A stretch of DNA of 64,000 nt from Candidatus Bathyarchaeum sp. (GTDB taxonomy: Archaea; Thermoproteota; Bathyarchaeia; Bathyarchaeales; Bathyarchaeaceae), in NCBI GenBank assembly GCA_026014565.1, contig JAOZIB010000018.1, positions 131,042 to 195,041 of the forward strand, written 5' to 3'. The notes under the pieces were generated by a model. That model had not been told where the DNA came from, searched no databases, and was given only the letters and a program-made list of their open reading frames with translations. The position numbers were made by a program, and so were the translations under genes. Below are positions 8,557 through 18,585 of this stretch, one piece after another; positions within the stretch are counted from its first letter, which is position 1, and each line of letters starts with the position of its first letter.

Positions 8557-9918
8557 TCAATAAGAAAACTCTTCGTCAACTTCTTTGATAACATCTCCAA
8601 TTATTTCTAGACTGGAATCAACTAGTTCTCGAGTTATGGTTAAAGGCGGAACCAGCCGCAAAGTCGAAACACCACAAGTTACAATAGCGACACCTCGCCT
8701 CCAGCAACGGAGCATTACTTCTCGGGCGTGGTCAGGTCCAGCGTTTTTGGTTTGTTTATCTTCCACGAATTCAACTCCAATCATTAACCCTTTGCCACGA
8801 ACATCACCAACAATTTCGTGTTCTTCTTTTGTGTCCCGTAACCATTTCATGATGTAATTGCCCTGTTTCTCAGCATTTTCAAGAAGCTTTTCTTTTTTTA
8901 TTATTTCAAGAACCTCAGTCCCAGCAACACAGGCCAAAGGATTTCCTCCGAAGGTGCTAGCATGAGAGCCAGCCTCCCAATCCATCAAGCGCGCCCGAGC
9001 TACAGTTGCACTTAACGGCAAACCTGAAGCCAAAGCTTTCGCAGAACAAATTATGTCGGGTTCAGTTTTCCAATGTTCGATTGCAAACCATTTTCCAGTT
9101 CGTCCTATTCCGGACTGGACTTCGTCAGCAATCATCAACAAACCGTATTTGTCTGCTAGTTTTTGAATTCGCTGAAAATATTCAGGGGGAGGGATAACGT
9201 ACCCCCCTTCACCTTGAATGGGTTCAAACACAAATCCTGCAACTTCTTCTGGTGGCACATATTTTTGCAAAACTTGCTCTTCGATAAAGTCTACACAGTA
9301 GTAGTTGCATTCAGGGTATGAAAGCTTGAAAGGACAACGATAACAATAAGGGTAAGGAACATGAGTTATTCCTGGAACCAAAGGAAAATAGTGGCGTCTT
9401 TGAATTGGTTTACTGGCAGTAAGAGCAGTTGCAACACATGTTCGTCCATGAAAAGCTCCAACAAAGGCAATAAACTGGTGTTTACGAGTGTGCCATTTGG
9501 CAAGTTTAATTGCAGTTTCTACGGCTTCTGCTCCGCTATTTCCAAAATGAACCTTTTTCTTGAAGGATCCAGGAGTTACATCAAAGAGTTTCTCGGCCAA
9601 ATCAACTGTTTGGTTATAGTAAAAGTCAGTGTTAGAGTAATGCAAAAACTTGTCAGATTGCTCTTTTATTGCCTTTACAACAGTGGGATGCGTATGACCT
9701 ACGTTTAAACAGGCCAGTCCTGAGTTGAAGTCAATGTATTCATTTCCGTCTACATCTTTTACGATGCAGTCATGTCCAGACTCTATGACTAAAGGGTAAT
9801 AACGAGTGAAAGAGGGGGAAAGAGCAATAGAATCCCGTTTAGCTAGCGCTCTAGCCTTTGGACCGGGAGGCCGAACAACAATGTTAGGATAATCAGACAA
9901 ACAATTCACCAACAACAA
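8557..9918 (-). CDS. Class-III (acetylornithine/GABA-type) PLP-dependent aminotransferase
   Basis: GNSGAEAVETAIKLA, LMIADEVQSGIGRTGKWFA and PDIICSAKALASG (PLP-lysine context). Confidence 0.85.
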   Translation of the reverse strand: MLLVNCLSDYPNIVVRPPGPKARALAKRDSIALSPSFTRYYPLVIESGHDCIVKDVDGNEYIDFNSGLACLNVGHTHPTVVKAIKEQSDKFLHYSNTDFYYNQTVDLAEKLFDVTPGSFKKKVHFGNSGAEAVETAIKLAKWHTRKHQFIAFVGAFHGRTCVATALTASKPIQRRHYFPLVPGITHVPYPYCYRCPFKLSYPECNYYCVDFIEEQVLQKYVPPEEVAGFVFEPIQGEGGYVIPPPEYFQRIQKLADKYGLLMIADEVQSGIGRTGKWFAIEHWKTEPDIICSAKALASGLPLSATVARARLMDWEAGSHASTFGGNPLACVAGTEVLEIIKKEKLLENAEKQGNYIMKWLRDTKEEHEIVGDVRGKGLMIGVEFVEDKQTKNAGPDHAREVMLRCWRRGVAIVTCGVSTLRLVPPLTITRELVDSSLEIIGDVIKEVDEEFSY

Positions 9919-10009
9919 TCAAGTGAGGTACAGCATTTTTATAAATATCTGACGTGGAAAACAAGTTCCAATATCAAAATTAATTACAGCACATCTTAAA
10001 AGTTGAGAA

Positions 10010-10354
10010 CTAATTTTTAGGTTTTACTTGAATAAGTTCTGATTTTTTGATAATAATCTCGATTGTTGAAACGTTAGATTTTTGATTATTGTCATTTCGG
10101 TACAATTCTTCAGTGCTAATTGAAATGTTGCTGATTTCTAGGTTTTTAATGAAGGCTCGACGTAGCAACTCAACAGTATCAACAGCTTTGGAAATTGCCC
10201 GACCACGAGCTTTGACGGTAACGTGGTTTTGTTCGCTAGTGTTGAAAAAGGTAATGCAAGCAGTAACATAGTTCATTGCAGGTTTTTTACCGATAAAAAC
10301 AGTATTAGCAAGTTTTTCTGCATCATCTTCATTGTTAGTTGCATTAGTGTACAA
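10010..10354 (-). CDS. albA: Alba chromatin/RNA-binding protein
   Basis: VFIGKKPAMNYVTACITFF...VTVKARGRAISKAVDTVELLRRAF is the Alba core. Confidence 0.85.
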   Translation of the reverse strand: MYTNATNNEDDAEKLANTVFIGKKPAMNYVTACITFFNTSEQNHVTVKARGRAISKAVDTVELLRRAFIKNLEISNISISTEELYRNDNNQKSNVSTIEIIIKKSELIQVKPKN

Positions 10355-10618
10355 AAATCATTCCCTCAGTTCAAGCATAATTTTGAATTAACTCTAAGTT
10401 ACGGGATATCCTCTTATATCTTTGCACTGAAGTTTTATCGAATTCATAAAACATCAAGTGTCACATGTAACACCTACACGCTAGCAACAAAAAATCACAT
10501 AGGTTTTATGACTGAAAAACAAGATTATACAAGAGAAACTGCACTACGAGTGCACAATTTCCCTAATACTTAAAAATGACCATCACTTGTAACTCGTAAT
10601 TTAAACGAATTACGTGAG

Positions 10619-11197
10619 ATGCTGTTTGGAGGAAGTTTAGTGGTTCTTAAAGAGTTCAGATGGCATGGACGCGGCGGCCAAGGAGCATGGACAGCAAGCG
10701 AGTTGCTAGCACGGGCCGCAATCCATGAAGGAAAATATATTCAATCATTCCCCGAATTCGGTCCTGAAAGAATGGGGGCACCAGTAAAAGCTTACACACG
10801 AATTAGCGATGAGCCCATCAGACTTCATTCTGCAGTTTATCATCCAAACTTGGCCATTGTTATGGATCCAACCCTTTTGGCAACAATTCCCGTTACAGAA
10901 GGCTTAGGTGAAGAGGGAATTTTGATATTAAACACAACTAAAGACCCCAAAACAATGAAATCAGAACTGAACATGAAACAAGGAACAGTTTGGACGGTCC
11001 CAGCAACTGAAATCGCAATGCGGATTCTTGGAAGAAGCATCACGAACACAGCTATGCTAGGAGTGGTTGCACGAGCAACAGGTGCAGTAAAAATGGAAAG
11101 TATAGAAAAAGCAGTAAACGACCGCTTTCCCGAACAACTTGCAGAAAAAAACATTGGAGTAATCAAAGAGGCATACAAGGAGGCAAATCCTGAATGA
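10619..11197 (+). CDS. porG: Pyruvate/2-oxoacid:ferredoxin oxidoreductase, gamma subunit
   Basis: FRWHGRGGQGAWTASELLARAA motif, and operon context with the delta, alpha and beta subunits. Confidence 0.9.
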   Translation: MLFGGSLVVLKEFRWHGRGGQGAWTASELLARAAIHEGKYIQSFPEFGPERMGAPVKAYTRISDEPIRLHSAVYHPNLAIVMDPTLLATIPVTEGLGEEGILILNTTKDPKTMKSELNMKQGTVWTVPATEIAMRILGRSITNTAMLGVVARATGAVKMESIEKAVNDRFPEQLAEKNIGVIKEAYKEANPE

Positions 11198-11481
11198 GCC
11201 CACAAAAGAAAAACTGGAAAGAAATTCCAATAGCAGGAATATGTTGGGTACCCAGCACGGATTACAAAACTGGAGATTGGCGATCTTTCAAACCCATTTG
11301 GAATAAAACAAAATGCATCCGGTGCATGAATTGCCACATATTTTGTCCTGAAGGCGCAGTAAAATATGACGAAATAAAAAATGTCATGGTATATGATTTT
11401 GATTTCTGTAAAGGCTGTGGAATCTGTGCCAATGAATGCCCAGCAAAAGCCATAGAAATGGTCGTAGAAGGAAAGGAGTGA
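11194..11481 (+). CDS. porD: Pyruvate:ferredoxin oxidoreductase, delta subunit (2x[4Fe-4S])
   Basis: Two CxxCxxCxxxCP motifs (CIRCMNCHIFCP, CKGCGICANECP). ATGA overlap with the upstream gene. Confidence 0.9.
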   Translation: MSPQKKNWKEIPIAGICWVPSTDYKTGDWRSFKPIWNKTKCIRCMNCHIFCPEGAVKYDEIKNVMVYDFDFCKGCGICANECPAKAIEMVVEGKE

Positions 11482-11489
11482 AAAAGAAA

Positions 11490-12719
11490 ATGACCACAGT
11501 TGAACAAAAAACGGTTCCCCTTAACGGAGACGAATCAGTAGCATACGCAGTAAAGCAGTGCGACGTGGATGTAGTAGCAGCATATCCCATTACCCCTCAA
11601 ACAATTATCGTAGAAAAATTTAGCGAATACGTTGCCGATGGAGAAGTAGACACAGAATTTGTTTGTGTAGAATCAGAACACACAGCAATGACCTGCAGCA
11701 TAACAGCGGCTGCCACGGGTGCCCGAACATTTACTGCAACTGCATCTGCAGGATTGGCCTTGATGCATGAAATGTTGGCTGTTGCTTCAGGTTCTAGAAT
11801 GCCGATTGTAATGTCAGTTGTTAACAGAGCATTGTCAGCTCCCCTTAACATTCACTGTGACCATGCAGACTCCATGGCTCAAAGGGATTTAGGCTGGATA
11901 CAAATGTATGCAGAAAACAGCCAAGAAGCTTATGATTCCATAATTCAAGCATTCAAAATAGCAGAACACTTGGATGTGCAACTTCCAGCAATGGTTGGTC
12001 TTGACGGATTCGTTTTGAGTCACACACTGGAGAACGTAACCGTTCTTGAAGATGAAACGGTCAAAAAATTTGTTGGAACACGACAAATCCCCCACGTATT
12101 GAATCATCGAGGCGAAATTGTTCCCTTCAAGCTTGACCCTGAAAAGCCCTTGACCATTGGACCAGTAGCCCTTCAAGATTACTACTTTGAACATAAACGA
12201 CAACAAGAAGAAGCAATGAAAAACGCTCTTGAAGTTATCAAACAAGTTCACAACGAATATGCAGAACTAACGGGACGAAGCTACGGAAACGGCTTAATTG
12301 AAACATACAGGCTTGACGACGCAGAAATAGTTACAGTGTGTGTTGGTTCTACTGCAGGAACAATAAAAACTGTTGTAGATACCCTGCGAGAAAAAGGAAT
12401 CAAAGCAGGACTACTCAGATTACGAACCTTCAGACCCTTACCAGTAGAAGACATAATCAGCAACTTGAAAGGCAAAAAAGCAGTTGCCGTAATGGACCGC
12501 TCATCCAGTTTTGGCGGAAACGGTGGACCAATATTCATCGAAATTCGTCATGCACTATACAATGGGGCAGACATCCCACAAGTTGTAAACTACATTTATG
12601 GTCTTGGCGGACGAGATACTCCACCAGCACTGATTGAGGGCATCTACAATGACCTACAAAAAATTGCCCAAATTGGACAAGTTGAAAAACAGATACAATA
12701 TGTCGGATTAAGGGAGTGA
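11490..12719 (+). CDS. porA: Pyruvate:ferredoxin oxidoreductase, alpha subunit
   Basis: MTTVEQKTVPLNGDESVAYAVKQCDVDVVAAYPITPQT. The track ORF (11436) extends upstream into porD. The ATG at 11490 is preceded by GGAG. Confidence 0.9.
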   Translation: MTTVEQKTVPLNGDESVAYAVKQCDVDVVAAYPITPQTIIVEKFSEYVADGEVDTEFVCVESEHTAMTCSITAAATGARTFTATASAGLALMHEMLAVASGSRMPIVMSVVNRALSAPLNIHCDHADSMAQRDLGWIQMYAENSQEAYDSIIQAFKIAEHLDVQLPAMVGLDGFVLSHTLENVTVLEDETVKKFVGTRQIPHVLNHRGEIVPFKLDPEKPLTIGPVALQDYYFEHKRQQEEAMKNALEVIKQVHNEYAELTGRSYGNGLIETYRLDDAEIVTVCVGSTAGTIKTVVDTLREKGIKAGLLRLRTFRPLPVEDIISNLKGKKAVAVMDRSSSFGGNGGPIFIEIRHALYNGADIPQVVNYIYGLGGRDTPPALIEGIYNDLQKIAQIGQVEKQIQYVGLRE

Positions 12720-13684
12720 ACAAAATGGCAGAATGGAAAGTAACAGGAAAAGAATTCGCAAAAATCCCTGAAAAATTCATGGCAGGACACCGAGCCTGTG
12801 CAGGATGTGGTCCAGCAATCGCTCTGCGTTTGGTAATGAAAGCTGCAAGAGGTCCAATAATTGTAACGAACGCCACAGGTTGTATGGAAGTAGTTTCAAC
12901 CATTTATCCTAACACGGCGTGGGACGTTCCGTGGATTCACACTGCCTTTGAAACGGCAGCAGCAAACGCCGCAGGAATAGAAAGCGCCCTAAAGATTCTA
13001 CGAAAGAAGGGCAAAATCAAAGACAAACACGTAGACGTAGTCGCCTTCGGAGGCGATGGAGGAACCTTTGACATCGGTTTCCAAGCATTATCCGGAGCAG
13101 TAGAACGCGGACATGACTTTCTTTATGTGCTTTATGACAACGAAGCCTACATGAACACAGGAATTCAAAGAAGCGGAGGCACCCCACATGGAGCTTGGAC
13201 AACAACATCCCCAGCGGGAGAAGTAATTCCTGGAAAAACTCAATACAAAAAACCAATCGCAGACATAATGGTTGCCCACGAAATGCCTTACGTAGCAACA
13301 GCAAGCATAGCATACTGGAACGACATGGTCAAAAAAGCCCGAAAAGGAATGGAAATAGTCGGACCAGCCTTTTTGCACACTTTTGCTCCTTGCCCAAGAG
13401 GATGGAGAAGCGAAACAGCAGAAACTGTAGAAATCGCAAGACTAGCAGTAGAAACTTGTGTATTCCCATTGTGGGAAGCAGAATGCGGCGAATACAAGCT
13501 TTCAACAAAAAGCAAAGCAATTGCCAAAAATCCAGACAAAAAGAAGCCAGTAGAAGTTTACCTAAAAACACAAAGAAGATTTAGGCACCTGTTCAAACCC
13601 CAAAACAAACACATCGTAGAAGAAATCCAAAACAACGTAGACCGCCGCTGGAAGAAACTCCTCAAAGCATGCGATTTAGACTAA
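12716..13684 (+). CDS. porB: Pyruvate:ferredoxin oxidoreductase, beta subunit (TPP-binding)
   Basis: GHRACAGCG and GGDGGTFDIGFQALS...NEAYMNTGIQRS TPP motif. The start overlaps the porA stop. Confidence 0.9.
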   Translation: MNKMAEWKVTGKEFAKIPEKFMAGHRACAGCGPAIALRLVMKAARGPIIVTNATGCMEVVSTIYPNTAWDVPWIHTAFETAAANAAGIESALKILRKKGKIKDKHVDVVAFGGDGGTFDIGFQALSGAVERGHDFLYVLYDNEAYMNTGIQRSGGTPHGAWTTTSPAGEVIPGKTQYKKPIADIMVAHEMPYVATASIAYWNDMVKKARKGMEIVGPAFLHTFAPCPRGWRSETAETVEIARLAVETCVFPLWEAECGEYKLSTKSKAIAKNPDKKKPVEVYLKTQRRFRHLFKPQNKHIVEEIQNNVDRRWKKLLKACDLD

Positions 13685-13882
13685 CAGCAAAAAAGCGATG
13701 CTAAAGTATCGCCTTGTTTCTTTCTTTTTACCATTTTTTTAAACACATTTTCTAGTCCAAAATTTTGTTTGCAAAAATTTTTACAAGAAAAACAGTTCTA
13801 AACCTATATCTTGTGCTTAGTCAAAGTTTCTTGACAAAAACCCTTTTCAAAAATCAACAAATAGACATGTTTTAGCTGAAAA

Positions 13883-15496
13883 ATGAATAAAATCAAATCT
13901 ATCGGTTTTGCATTAACGTTTGTTCTATGTTTTGTTTGTTTTCCAAGTATTCAAAATGTAAAAGCTGAAAGCCTAATTTACATCAGAAACGATGGTACTG
14001 TCGAAGGAACAAACAAGATTCAAAGACAGGGAAACAGTTACACCCTCCTTGAAGACTTAATTGGGTCTATTTACGATATGGATGTTTTTATCACAATCGA
14101 GAAAGACAACATAGTGTTTGATGGCAACCAAAAAACCATTCAGGGAACAAAAAGCGGCATTGGAATAGAAGCGCGCGGAAGAACAAATATAACAATACAG
14201 AATTTGCGAATAAGTGATGTTGGAATTGGCATTAAATTTTATGGCAAAGATCATGACCGTAACACAACAGCGTCAAACAATCAATTTTTGAATAATCACA
14301 TCGAAGCAACGTACTTTTCGATGGACCTGAGCACAAATAATGGGACTGTTTCAGGTAACACGTTAATCTCAAGAACCGACAAATACGGCATCATGTTCAA
14401 CGGGAACAACACAGTTGTTTCCAATAACAAGTTCGTTGCTAGCGGACTAATAGTTTACGAAACTCTTGTGGGAAATGCTTGCTTCAACAATACAATTAAT
14501 GGAAAACCTCTTGTTTATCTTCAAAGCCAATCAAACCAGATAATAGATGAGGCGGCACAAGTAATCCTGATGGGCTGTAACAACATAACCGTGAGAAATG
14601 TCAACACACCTGTGCAACTAAGAGTTATTATAAATCTGTTTGGAACAAACAACACAAAAATATCAAATTGTAATGGGAACATGTTCCTAACAAATTCCCA
14701 TGATAACATTATTGTTGACAATCAACTTGAAGACAAAGCAACCATGGTTTCATACAACACCGCAGCCATCAAATTATACGCCTCAAACAACAATACCATA
14801 AAGGGCAATTCAATAGTTGCAATGGGAAGTGAAGGATTTGGCCTCAGTGGTTCATCATATAACAATGTGCAGGGTAACCAAATCTCTTCAACAGGAGAAG
14901 CGGGAATAAAAATTGAATTAACATCTGTATTCAACTATATCCAAGAAAACAGCATAATTTGTCCAGAAGGTGGAATTTACTTCAAAAATGGTGCCCAAAA
15001 CAATTTTGTCCTCAACAACCTGATTACAGAATGTAAAAATGCAATCATGTTGTTTAGTTCACCCGAAAACACTTTCGTGGCAAACAACATTTCAAAAAGC
15101 ACCCAATACGCTATTTATCTTGCAATGTCAGACAACAACACATTCTACCATAACAACTTTTTATATAACTCCGTGGCGTTTTACGAGCAACACGACTTTA
15201 TCTATCCATTTGTCACTACATACTATTCTGAAGGCAACACTTGGGACAACGGCAAAGAAGGCAACTACTGGAGCGACTACACAGGAAAAGACACAAACAA
15301 CGACGGAATTGGAGACACCCAATACACCATAAGCGGAAGCAAACACGACCATTACCCCTTAATGAACCCAGTACACATCAGTGCAATACCCGAGTTCCCA
15401 TCATGGACTGTTTTGCCAATAATTGCAACAGCAATATTGTTGGCGACAGTTTTTAGAAAAAAATACACAAAACACCAAAAACAAAACTCTGCATGA
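13883..15496 (+). CDS. Secreted/cell-surface protein with parallel beta-helix (PbH1/NosD-like) repeats and a PEF-type C-terminal anchor
   Basis: N-terminal signal-like MNKIKSIGFALTFVLCFVCF. Many N/G-rich about 22-aa repeats (..N.I.GN.I....GI.L..S..N.I..N). C-terminus is PEFPSWTVLPIIATAILLATVFRKK. Confidence 0.7.
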   Translation: MNKIKSIGFALTFVLCFVCFPSIQNVKAESLIYIRNDGTVEGTNKIQRQGNSYTLLEDLIGSIYDMDVFITIEKDNIVFDGNQKTIQGTKSGIGIEARGRTNITIQNLRISDVGIGIKFYGKDHDRNTTASNNQFLNNHIEATYFSMDLSTNNGTVSGNTLISRTDKYGIMFNGNNTVVSNNKFVASGLIVYETLVGNACFNNTINGKPLVYLQSQSNQIIDEAAQVILMGCNNITVRNVNTPVQLRVIINLFGTNNTKISNCNGNMFLTNSHDNIIVDNQLEDKATMVSYNTAAIKLYASNNNTIKGNSIVAMGSEGFGLSGSSYNNVQGNQISSTGEAGIKIELTSVFNYIQENSIICPEGGIYFKNGAQNNFVLNNLITECKNAIMLFSSPENTFVANNISKSTQYAIYLAMSDNNTFYHNNFLYNSVAFYEQHDFIYPFVTTYYSEGNTWDNGKEGNYWSDYTGKDTNNDGIGDTQYTISGSKHDHYPLMNPVHISAIPEFPSWTVLPIIATAILLATVFRKKYTKHQKQNSA

Positions 15497-15646
15497 CACA
15501 AACCACCTTTTCGAGACGAATCTACCCTTTTGTAGCCGTTTAGCGCCTTTTACTGCCGCGTCAAGACGTAACCTAAACTCAATTCAAACCCAGTTTCAAA
15601 AACTAAGCCCAAAAAGGCAAAATCAAAAAAACGATTTTATTTTTTT

Positions 15647-16135
15647 TTAACCACCAGGGGTTCCGTGAAAAGGAACGTTTTCCCAGAGCATGTCCCACCA
15701 ATCGTTGTTTGTTATGGTTTCACCTTTTACGAGAATCTCCAATATTTTCATTAAAAGAGCATGATGACGCTTCTCATCAGACAATATTGCCTCTAAAAGA
15801 AGCTTGACTTTATTGTTTTTCACGCTCGGAAGGGCTTCAACAAGTGTATGAATTACTTGAGCTTCCAAGTCAATGTGTTTTTTTACTAACTCTTTTTGTT
15901 TTTCAAGGTTTTCTTCAGTTAACGCCTGAGGAACTTCCGTTAGTAAAGTGACTGCAGATGCGTACATTTGAGCATGTTTTGTGGAATCTAAAGAAATTGC
16001 CTCTAAAACTCCTTTTACTGCAGGATTTTTGATGTCAACCAAACCAGTTTTTACTAAATTAACAATGGCTTGTTCAGTTTTGATTTGGCTTTTGAAAATG
16101 TCTACTAACTCATCATTTGAACTCAAAACACACAC
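15647..16135 (-). CDS. Hypothetical protein, ferritin-like/rubrerythrin-like helical repeat
   Basis: Two similar helices with E..H signatures (LEAISLDSTKHAQMY and LEAILSDEKRHHALL). The assignment is tentative. Confidence 0.35.
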   Translation of the reverse strand: MCVLSSNDELVDIFKSQIKTEQAIVNLVKTGLVDIKNPAVKGVLEAISLDSTKHAQMYASAVTLLTEVPQALTEENLEKQKELVKKHIDLEAQVIHTLVEALPSVKNNKVKLLLEAILSDEKRHHALLMKILEILVKGETITNNDWWDMLWENVPFHGTPGG

Positions 16136-16192
16136 CTACATGAAAATAGTAGAGAAAAATAAAAGAAGGTTTCGGAAATAAGAAATCAAAAT

Positions 16193-18019
16193 TTAAAGAA
16201 GAAAAAGCAGAAGAGCTGTCAGAATTAGTGAAGCAGAAGGAAACAGAACCACTGCAACTCGTTTAACGCATTCTGTGGTTTTATCAGCCAAAACAGTTAA
16301 TTCAGTAATTTGCTGGTCACCAATAACCTTCACGGCATTAATCGTTTCCGTGCGCCACGACGCAGTAACAGGCTCAAGGTTACGTAACGCTTCAAAAACA
16401 GCATCCTTGATGTACCCAATGAGTTTAGCGTGGTCAACTGCCTCACCAACTAGATTGTATCCACGGGCACTGCGTGTTAGTCCACACACGGAATGAGTGT
16501 CAGTGGTCAGAACTTCTCCATCATCTATGCCCAGAGTCTTTATTTCGAAAAGAATTTTGTCCCTTAGCCCCGAAACCATGTTATTTCCGTCGATAATCAC
16601 ATACGCTACTTTTTGGGAATCAACTTCCGTTACAAGCACGCTGATGCCTCCTGCACCCATTCCGTCACGAACAGAAAACTCAGAAGGCATAACTGTAGAA
16701 GCGCCAACACGAAAAGATGATTCACTGGATTTCAAGGCTTTTTCAAAACAGGCAACTGAAGCTTCACTGAAAAAAGAAACCGCCTGTTTTTGGTCAAATT
16801 CACCCCCCATGCTATTGTGGGCATCAATGGGAAGAACATTCAACCCTCGCTTTTTTGCTTCCTTGGAAAGAAATTCTTCAAGTTCAGGAGGCAAATCTTC
16901 AATGGTTTTTGGCGCAGTCGTTAACGTAACAAAGGCACAATCCCCAAAAAGCTGACAACTAACTTTGGCATCCTTGAATTCGGTTCTAACCATGGGGGTA
17001 GCCTTTGAGCAACTAGAAGATTCTCCCAAAAACTCAACAATACAATCCACAACCCGTTGATTATGAGCCTGCGAAGCAACATCTAGTTCGTGACCAACTA
17101 AACCATGAGGAGCACAAACAACACAACCATGTTTGTCCTGAACGGCGGTTTTAATCAAAGATGGCAAAAGACTGCTCCCAAGATTCTTAAAAGGCCCCGG
17201 ATGAACAGCAGGAACAATAATTGCCGCTTTTAGTTTTTCTTTGGTTCTAAACGTTAACAAAGAAACTTTAACGTCTTCTAAAGTCCCCATTTTTTCAAAA
17301 TAGTTCTCCAAAGGAGCAACCAAGTCTTCCATCCAGTTGGCTAAAAAGGCTTTAAACAAAGCAGAAGACCCAATCCCAAGGCTTCCCGTGCCTTCACGGT
17401 CCATGAAATACTTGAAAAGCTGAACAGTAACCACGGCAACACAAACCGGAACAAAAACAAACAACAAAAATTGTGTCTGGGGCAAAAACCCAATGATAGA
17501 AATTACAAAATACAACGGAAGCAAACCCAAAAAAGGCTGCAACAAAGCAGCAAAATGTGATCCTGCAAACCCAGAAAAGGAAACTACAGAATAAACAAGT
17601 AACCGAAGGATAAGGGAGCCCCCAAATCCAAGAAAGAAGAAACGCATCCAAAGGGTAGGAGCCCCAAGAACGGCACTAATTAGTGCTCCTAATAGAAGAA
17701 TTGCAAACCAAACCAGTGACGAAAAAAAAGACATTGCCGAACATCGGCGTAAGGTGAAAATTGGGTCGTTTTTCATGGTTGTTGCTTTGATTAGCAGGTC
17801 CGAAAAAAAGGTTAAAAGAATAAAAGTTGCCCCAAAAAGTAACCCGTTAAGAAAACCATCCAACGACAAGTCTAACGCCAGTAACGAAATAACCCCTCCA
17901 TGCAGCCCGATTACCGTAAAATATATGGCAAGTTTACGGGTAGACGGCAAAGTGAACAACTGCGAATAGCGGTCAACTATTTTATCAATGTATTTTTGGT
18001 TGGTTGATTCTTCGGTCAA
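16193..18019 (-). CDS. Large archaeal membrane protein (N-terminal multi-TM domain plus soluble C-terminal domain; DUF2070-like by recollection)
   Basis: About 6-7 N-terminal hydrophobic segments, a soluble domain of about 330 aa, and a C-terminal TM (LFPSASLILTALLLFLL). The family name is from memory only. Confidence 0.45.
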   Translation of the reverse strand: MTEESTNQKYIDKIVDRYSQLFTLPSTRKLAIYFTVIGLHGGVISLLALDLSLDGFLNGLLFGATFILLTFFSDLLIKATTMKNDPIFTLRRCSAMSFFSSLVWFAILLLGALISAVLGAPTLWMRFFFLGFGGSLILRLLVYSVVSFSGFAGSHFAALLQPFLGLLPLYFVISIIGFLPQTQFLLFVFVPVCVAVVTVQLFKYFMDREGTGSLGIGSSALFKAFLANWMEDLVAPLENYFEKMGTLEDVKVSLLTFRTKEKLKAAIIVPAVHPGPFKNLGSSLLPSLIKTAVQDKHGCVVCAPHGLVGHELDVASQAHNQRVVDCIVEFLGESSSCSKATPMVRTEFKDAKVSCQLFGDCAFVTLTTAPKTIEDLPPELEEFLSKEAKKRGLNVLPIDAHNSMGGEFDQKQAVSFFSEASVACFEKALKSSESSFRVGASTVMPSEFSVRDGMGAGGISVLVTEVDSQKVAYVIIDGNNMVSGLRDKILFEIKTLGIDDGEVLTTDTHSVCGLTRSARGYNLVGEAVDHAKLIGYIKDAVFEALRNLEPVTASWRTETINAVKVIGDQQITELTVLADKTTECVKRVAVVLFPSASLILTALLLFLL

Positions 18020-18299
18020 GATTGAGCCTTCTTTTTATGTTCTTTTAGAAAAGTTTCAAAAATATTAATATGTTATAGTTTTGCGGCGTTTTTGGTACTT
18101 AAATGTGCCGCGAAGAAAGAAAACTAGGACCGTTTTTACACATCTGGCGGTATATTAGGAGAATTTTGTTGTTGATTTTATGAAAAAACAGTGATAAAAT
18201 ATTCCCAATTAACGCCCTTAAACCGTGAAAAACGGGTTTAAAATCATAATTTTGACGTGTAAAAGCTTTTATGCAAATTGCAAGTTAGATTGAAGGGCT

Positions 18300-18581
18300 A
18301 TGTCAAATGCCGGAGCGCCTCCGCCTTCAGTATTTCAGATACTTGAAAGGCATGTGGGACGAAAAATGATCGCAATTTTGGACCCTTCCTACGGGTTTGA
18401 AGGAACCTTAGCAGCCATAACTAGGGAACCACCAGGTATCTGGCTTTCAGAAGCAGAAGTTGTCACGCTACGCTCAACAATAGCACAACCCGTACCACAA
18501 ATAGTAAGTCGAGAAAACCGTAGCGAAGTTTTCATTAACCTAAGTTCAGTGCAAAGAATCGAAGTTTTACATGAAGATTAA
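18300..18581 (+). CDS. Sm-like (LSm/SmAP-related) protein, tentative
   Basis: Sm1-like GRKMIAILDPSYGFEGTLAAITREPPGIWLSEAEVV and Sm2-like SEVFINLSSVQRIEVL. Confidence 0.4.
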   Translation: MSNAGAPPPSVFQILERHVGRKMIAILDPSYGFEGTLAAITREPPGIWLSEAEVVTLRSTIAQPVPQIVSRENRSEVFINLSSVQRIEVLHED

Positions 18582-18585
18582 ATTT

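Noticed and set aside
13691-13740. Hairpin GCGAT-GCTAAAGT-ATCGC followed by a T-rich stretch after porB, as an intrinsic terminator.
   Set aside because: The stem is only 5 bp, and archaeal termination needs only T-tracts. It is plausible but too weak to list as a feature.
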